Assembly (NCBI GenBank): GCA_030390025.1
Contig: CM059432.1
Span: forward strand, 91,824,001-91,888,000
DNA length: 64,000 nt
Source: Squalus acanthias
Lineage: Eukaryota
Direction of reading: 5' to 3'
The notes beneath the pieces were generated by a model that did not search any database, was not told where the DNA came from, and saw only the letters and a program-made list of their open reading frames with translations. A program made the position numbers and the translations under genes. This document shows positions 60,732-64,000 of the stretch, in pieces; position 1 is the stretch's first letter; every line of letters begins with the position of its first letter.

Positions 60732-62524
60732 ACCTGCCATATCCTCCTGGTTTCTGCACTCACTAGTGTGTGGCACTAGGAGTAATCCAGTGATTACCAT
60801 CTTTTGAGGTCCTGCTTTTTAACTTCCTCCCTAGCTCCTTAAACTCTGACTGCAGGGCCTCAACCCTCTTCCTCCCTATGTCGTTGGTTCCGACATAGAC
60901 CACGACTTCTGGCTCTTCCCCTTATCCCCGCAGAATGTTCTGCACCCTCTCCTTGAATATCTGTTTGAGAGTGCCACACTCCCGAAGGATTCCTGCACTG
61001 CCTACCTCTTCTTACCCTTCCGGGTGGCCTCTCACTTTGCTATTCTGAACTCTCTCTGGCTATGGGGTGACCACCTCCTGGAACCTGCAATCCAGCTAAC
61101 ATTCAGCCACCCATATGTCCCGCAGCGAATCCAGCGGCTGCTCAAACTCAGAAACCCTCTGAGTTCGAGCAGTTGGAGGCACTTCCTGCAAAAATGGGTC
61201 TCCGGGACACATGAAACGTCCTGAAGTTCTGCATGCCGCAGAAATTGCAGATTACAGGTCGCAGCTGTCCCTCTATTCTAATTAGAAACTTAAAATAAAC
61301 TCCTTAGATACAAGGTGATTATTTATTTTATTGATGTTAGCTAGGTCTAAACTACACTGCTATTTTTCTAGTCGCTCCTCAAAGCAAACTAACCAAAAAC
61401 CAAATGATTTACTCAAGCTTAACCAGAGCTACACAGATACTAAACACACAGGTGGGGAGGAAGAAGAGTGGAAGAGAAATAGTGGTAGGGGATTCGATAG
61501 GGGAATAGACAGGCGTTTCTGCAGCCACAGACGTGACTCCAGGATGGTATGTTGCCTCCCTGGTGCCAGGGTCAAGGATGTCACTGAACGGCTGCAGGAC
61601 ATTCAGAGGGGGGAGGGTGAACAGCCAGAGGATGTGGTCCACATCGGTACCAACGACAGGTAGAAAGAGGGATGAGGTTCTGCAGGCAGATTTTAGGGAG
61701 CTAAGGAAAGAGGACCTCAAAGGTAGTAAACTCTGGATTACTCCTGGTGCCACGTGCTAGTGAGTACAGAAACAGGAGGATAGAGCAGATGAATGCGTGG
61801 CTGGAGAGATGGTGCAGGAGGGAGGGCTTTAGATTCCTGAAGCATTGGGACCATTTCGGGGGGAGGTGGGACCTGTACAAGCCGGATGGGTTGCACCTCA
61901 ACAGGACCGGAACCAATATCCTTGCGGCAGGGTTTGCTAGTGCTGTTGGGGAGGGTTTAAACTAGCTTGGCAGGGGGATGGGAACCTAAGAGTGGATTCA
62001 GAAGGGAGAGAAGCAAAGCTGGAAATGAAAAGCAGAAAATTAGTAAGTGAGTTTGGTAGGCAGAGGAAACAAAGCCTAGAAAATAGACAACAAGGGAGTT
62101 TGGCAGTGCTAAATGGTATATACTTCAACGCAAGGAGTGTAGGGAATAAAGCAGATGAGCTGAGGGCACAGATAGACACGTGGGAGTATGATATAGCTAT
62201 TACTGAGACATGGCTGAAAGAAGGGCAGGAATGGCAGCTCAACATTCCTGGTTACAGGATTTTCAGATGAGATAGGGGGATAAAAAAGGAGGAGGGTCGC
62301 AATATTGATTAAAGAATCAATTACAGCTGTGAGGAGGGAGGATATCTGAGAAGGATCATCAAATGAGGCCATATGGGTTGAACTGAAACAAAAAAAGGGC
62401 AATCACACTGCTGGGAGTGTACTATAGACCTCTGAACAGTCAGAGGGAGATAGAAGAGCAAATATGTGGGCAAATTTATGAGACGTACAAAAATAGGGCA
62501 GTAATAGTAGGAGATTTCAACTTC

Positions 62525-62835
62525 ACAGAATCCCCACAGTGCAGATAGAGGCCATTTCGGCCCATCGAGCCTGCACCAACACATATCCCACCCTATCCCC
62601 GTAACCTCACGTATTTAATCCCCCCTAACACTAAGGGTCAATTTATCATAGCCAAATCAACCTAACCCGCACATCTTTGGACTGTGGGAGGAAACCGGAG
62701 CACCCGGAGGAAACCCACGCAGACACGGGGAGAATGTTCAAACTCCACACAGACAGTCACCCAAGGCTGGATTCGAACCCGGGTCTCTGGCGCTGTGAGG
62801 CAACAGTGCTAACCACTATGCCACCGTGTTGCCCT
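62525..62835 (-). mobile_element. HE1-type V-SINE (tRNA-derived), full length, inserted in CR1
   Basis: Minus-strand head GGGCAACACGGTGGCATAGTGGTTAGCACTG, B box GGTTCGAATCC, V-domain-like gtgtctgcgtgggtttcctccgggtgctccggtttcctcccacagtccaaagatgtgc, CR1-like tail; TSD AACTTC (62519-62524, 62836-62841). Confidence 0.9.
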
Positions 62836-62993
62836 AACTTCCCTAATATTAACTGGGCTAAAATTAGTGTGAAAGGTATAGAGGGAGCATAATTCTTAAA
62901 ATGCATTGAGGAGAACTTTTTTAGCCAGTACGTAGCAAGCCCAACCAGAGAGGGGGCGGTTCTGGACCTAGTTTTAGGGAATGAAGCTGGGCA

Positions 62994-63120
62994 AAAGAAA
63001 GAAAGACTTGCATTTATATAGCGACTTTCACGACCACCGGACGTCTCAAAGCACTTTACAGCCAATGAAGTCTAGTGTAGTCACTGTTGTAATGTGGGAA
63101 ATGCGGCAGCCAATTTGCGC
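62994..63120 (-). mobile_element. DeuSINE-like 3' fragment inserted in CR1
   Basis: aagaaagaaagacttgcatttatatagcg...gtgtagtcactgttgtaatgtgggaaatgcggcagccaatttgcgc interrupts the CR1 sequence gctgggca|ggtgg. Confidence 0.7.
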
Positions 63121-64000
63121 AGGTGGAAAGGGTATCGGTGGGAGAGCATATTGGTGGTAGTGATCATAATTCAGTTAGATTTAGGGTAGTTAAGGAAAAG
63201 GACATGGATAGACCAGGAATAAAAGTTCCCAATTGGGGAAAGAGATTTTTACTAAGCTGAGAGGTGATTTAGCCAAAGTGGCCTGGAGACAGAAACTTGA
63301 AGGTAAATCAGTGTCAGAGCAGTGGGAGGCATTCAAGGAGGAGATAGTGAGGGTTCAGAGCAAGTATGTTCCCTTAAAGAAAAAGGGTGGGACTAACAAA
63401 TCTAGAACCCCCTCGATGTCAAGAGGCATACAGGGTAGGATAAAGAAAAAAAGGGAAGCTTATGACAGATACCGAGGACTCAATACTGCAGAAAGCAGAG
63501 AGGAGTATAGAAAGTGCAGGGGTGAAATTTAAAAAGGAAATTAGGAAAGCAAAGAGAGGGCATGAAAGAATATTGGCAAGTAAAATCAAGGAAAACCCAA
63601 AGATGTTTTATAAATACATTAAGAGCAAGAGGATAACTAAAGTAAGAGTAGGGCCTATTAGGGACCATAAAGGTAACCTGTGTGTGGAAGTAAAGTTCTT
63701 AATGAATACTTTGCGTCTGTTTTCACAAAAGAGAGGGACGATGCAGACATTGCAATCAGGGAGGAGGAGTGTGAAATATTAGATGAAATAAACGTCGTGA
63801 AAGAGGAAATATTAAGGGTTTTATTAAGGGATAAATCCCCAGGCCTGGATGAAATGTATCCCAGACTGTTAAGAGAATTAAGAGAGGAAATAGCAGAGGC
63901 TCTGACCATCATTTTCCAATCCTCTCTGGCTACAGGTGTGGTGCCAGAGGACTGCTAATGTGGTACTGTTGTTTAAAAAGGGAGAAAGGGATAGACCGAG

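Larger units (their letters stand above)
51835..61430 (-). mobile_element. Host CR1 LINE in three pieces (51835-54401, 56089-56181, 60732 to about 61430)
   Basis: 3'UTR at 51835, ORF2 relics to about 54180. The ORF1 esterase-like region continues across both insertions. ORF1 start region (x)EGQLRPVICNFCGM at about 61230-61275. Confidence 0.8.
61465..64000 (+). mobile_element. CR1 LINE (ORF1 esterase region and ORF2 start), runs off the window
   Basis: VCCLPGARVKDV...VVHIGTND...DGLHLN (SGNH-like); YFNARSVGNK...AITETWL endonuclease. Confidence 0.92.

Noticed and set aside
62760..62835. tRNA gene
   Set aside because: The A/B boxes belong to the tRNA-derived head of the HE1-type SINE; no complete cloverleaf.

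Overview
Eukaryotic (vertebrate, very probably shark/elasmobranch) genomic DNA, not a prokaryotic locus. The window appears to be intronic/exonic sequence of one + strand gene, ZC2HC1A (C2HC-type zinc-finger protein 1A). Four internal coding exons have canonical splice sites and compatible phases (11482-11623, 14205-14347, 23960-24047, 25295-25418), and there is a fifth candidate frame-preserving exon (40556-40684). The first and last exons were not found and probably lie outside the window. Roughly half or more of the sequence is decayed transposable elements: many CR1-type LINEs (one near full length, 56182-60731, nested in an older CR1), a second LINE family, L2 relics, three SINE types whose 3' tails match LINEs in this window, two PIF/Harbinger relics with convergent Myb-like and transposase genes, Harbinger and hAT MITEs, Penelope-like fragments (one with a minimal hammerhead ribozyme) and LTR-like segments. 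Almost all ORFs in the supplied track are TE fragments or chance ORFs. The most unusual signals are an apparent spliceosomal intron in the CR1 5'UTR, a 57-bp intronic hairpin whose substitutions are nearly all G-U compatible, the hammerhead-bearing inverted repeat and the candidate extra ZC2HC1A exon. Family names and human protein comparisons are from memory; no database search was run.
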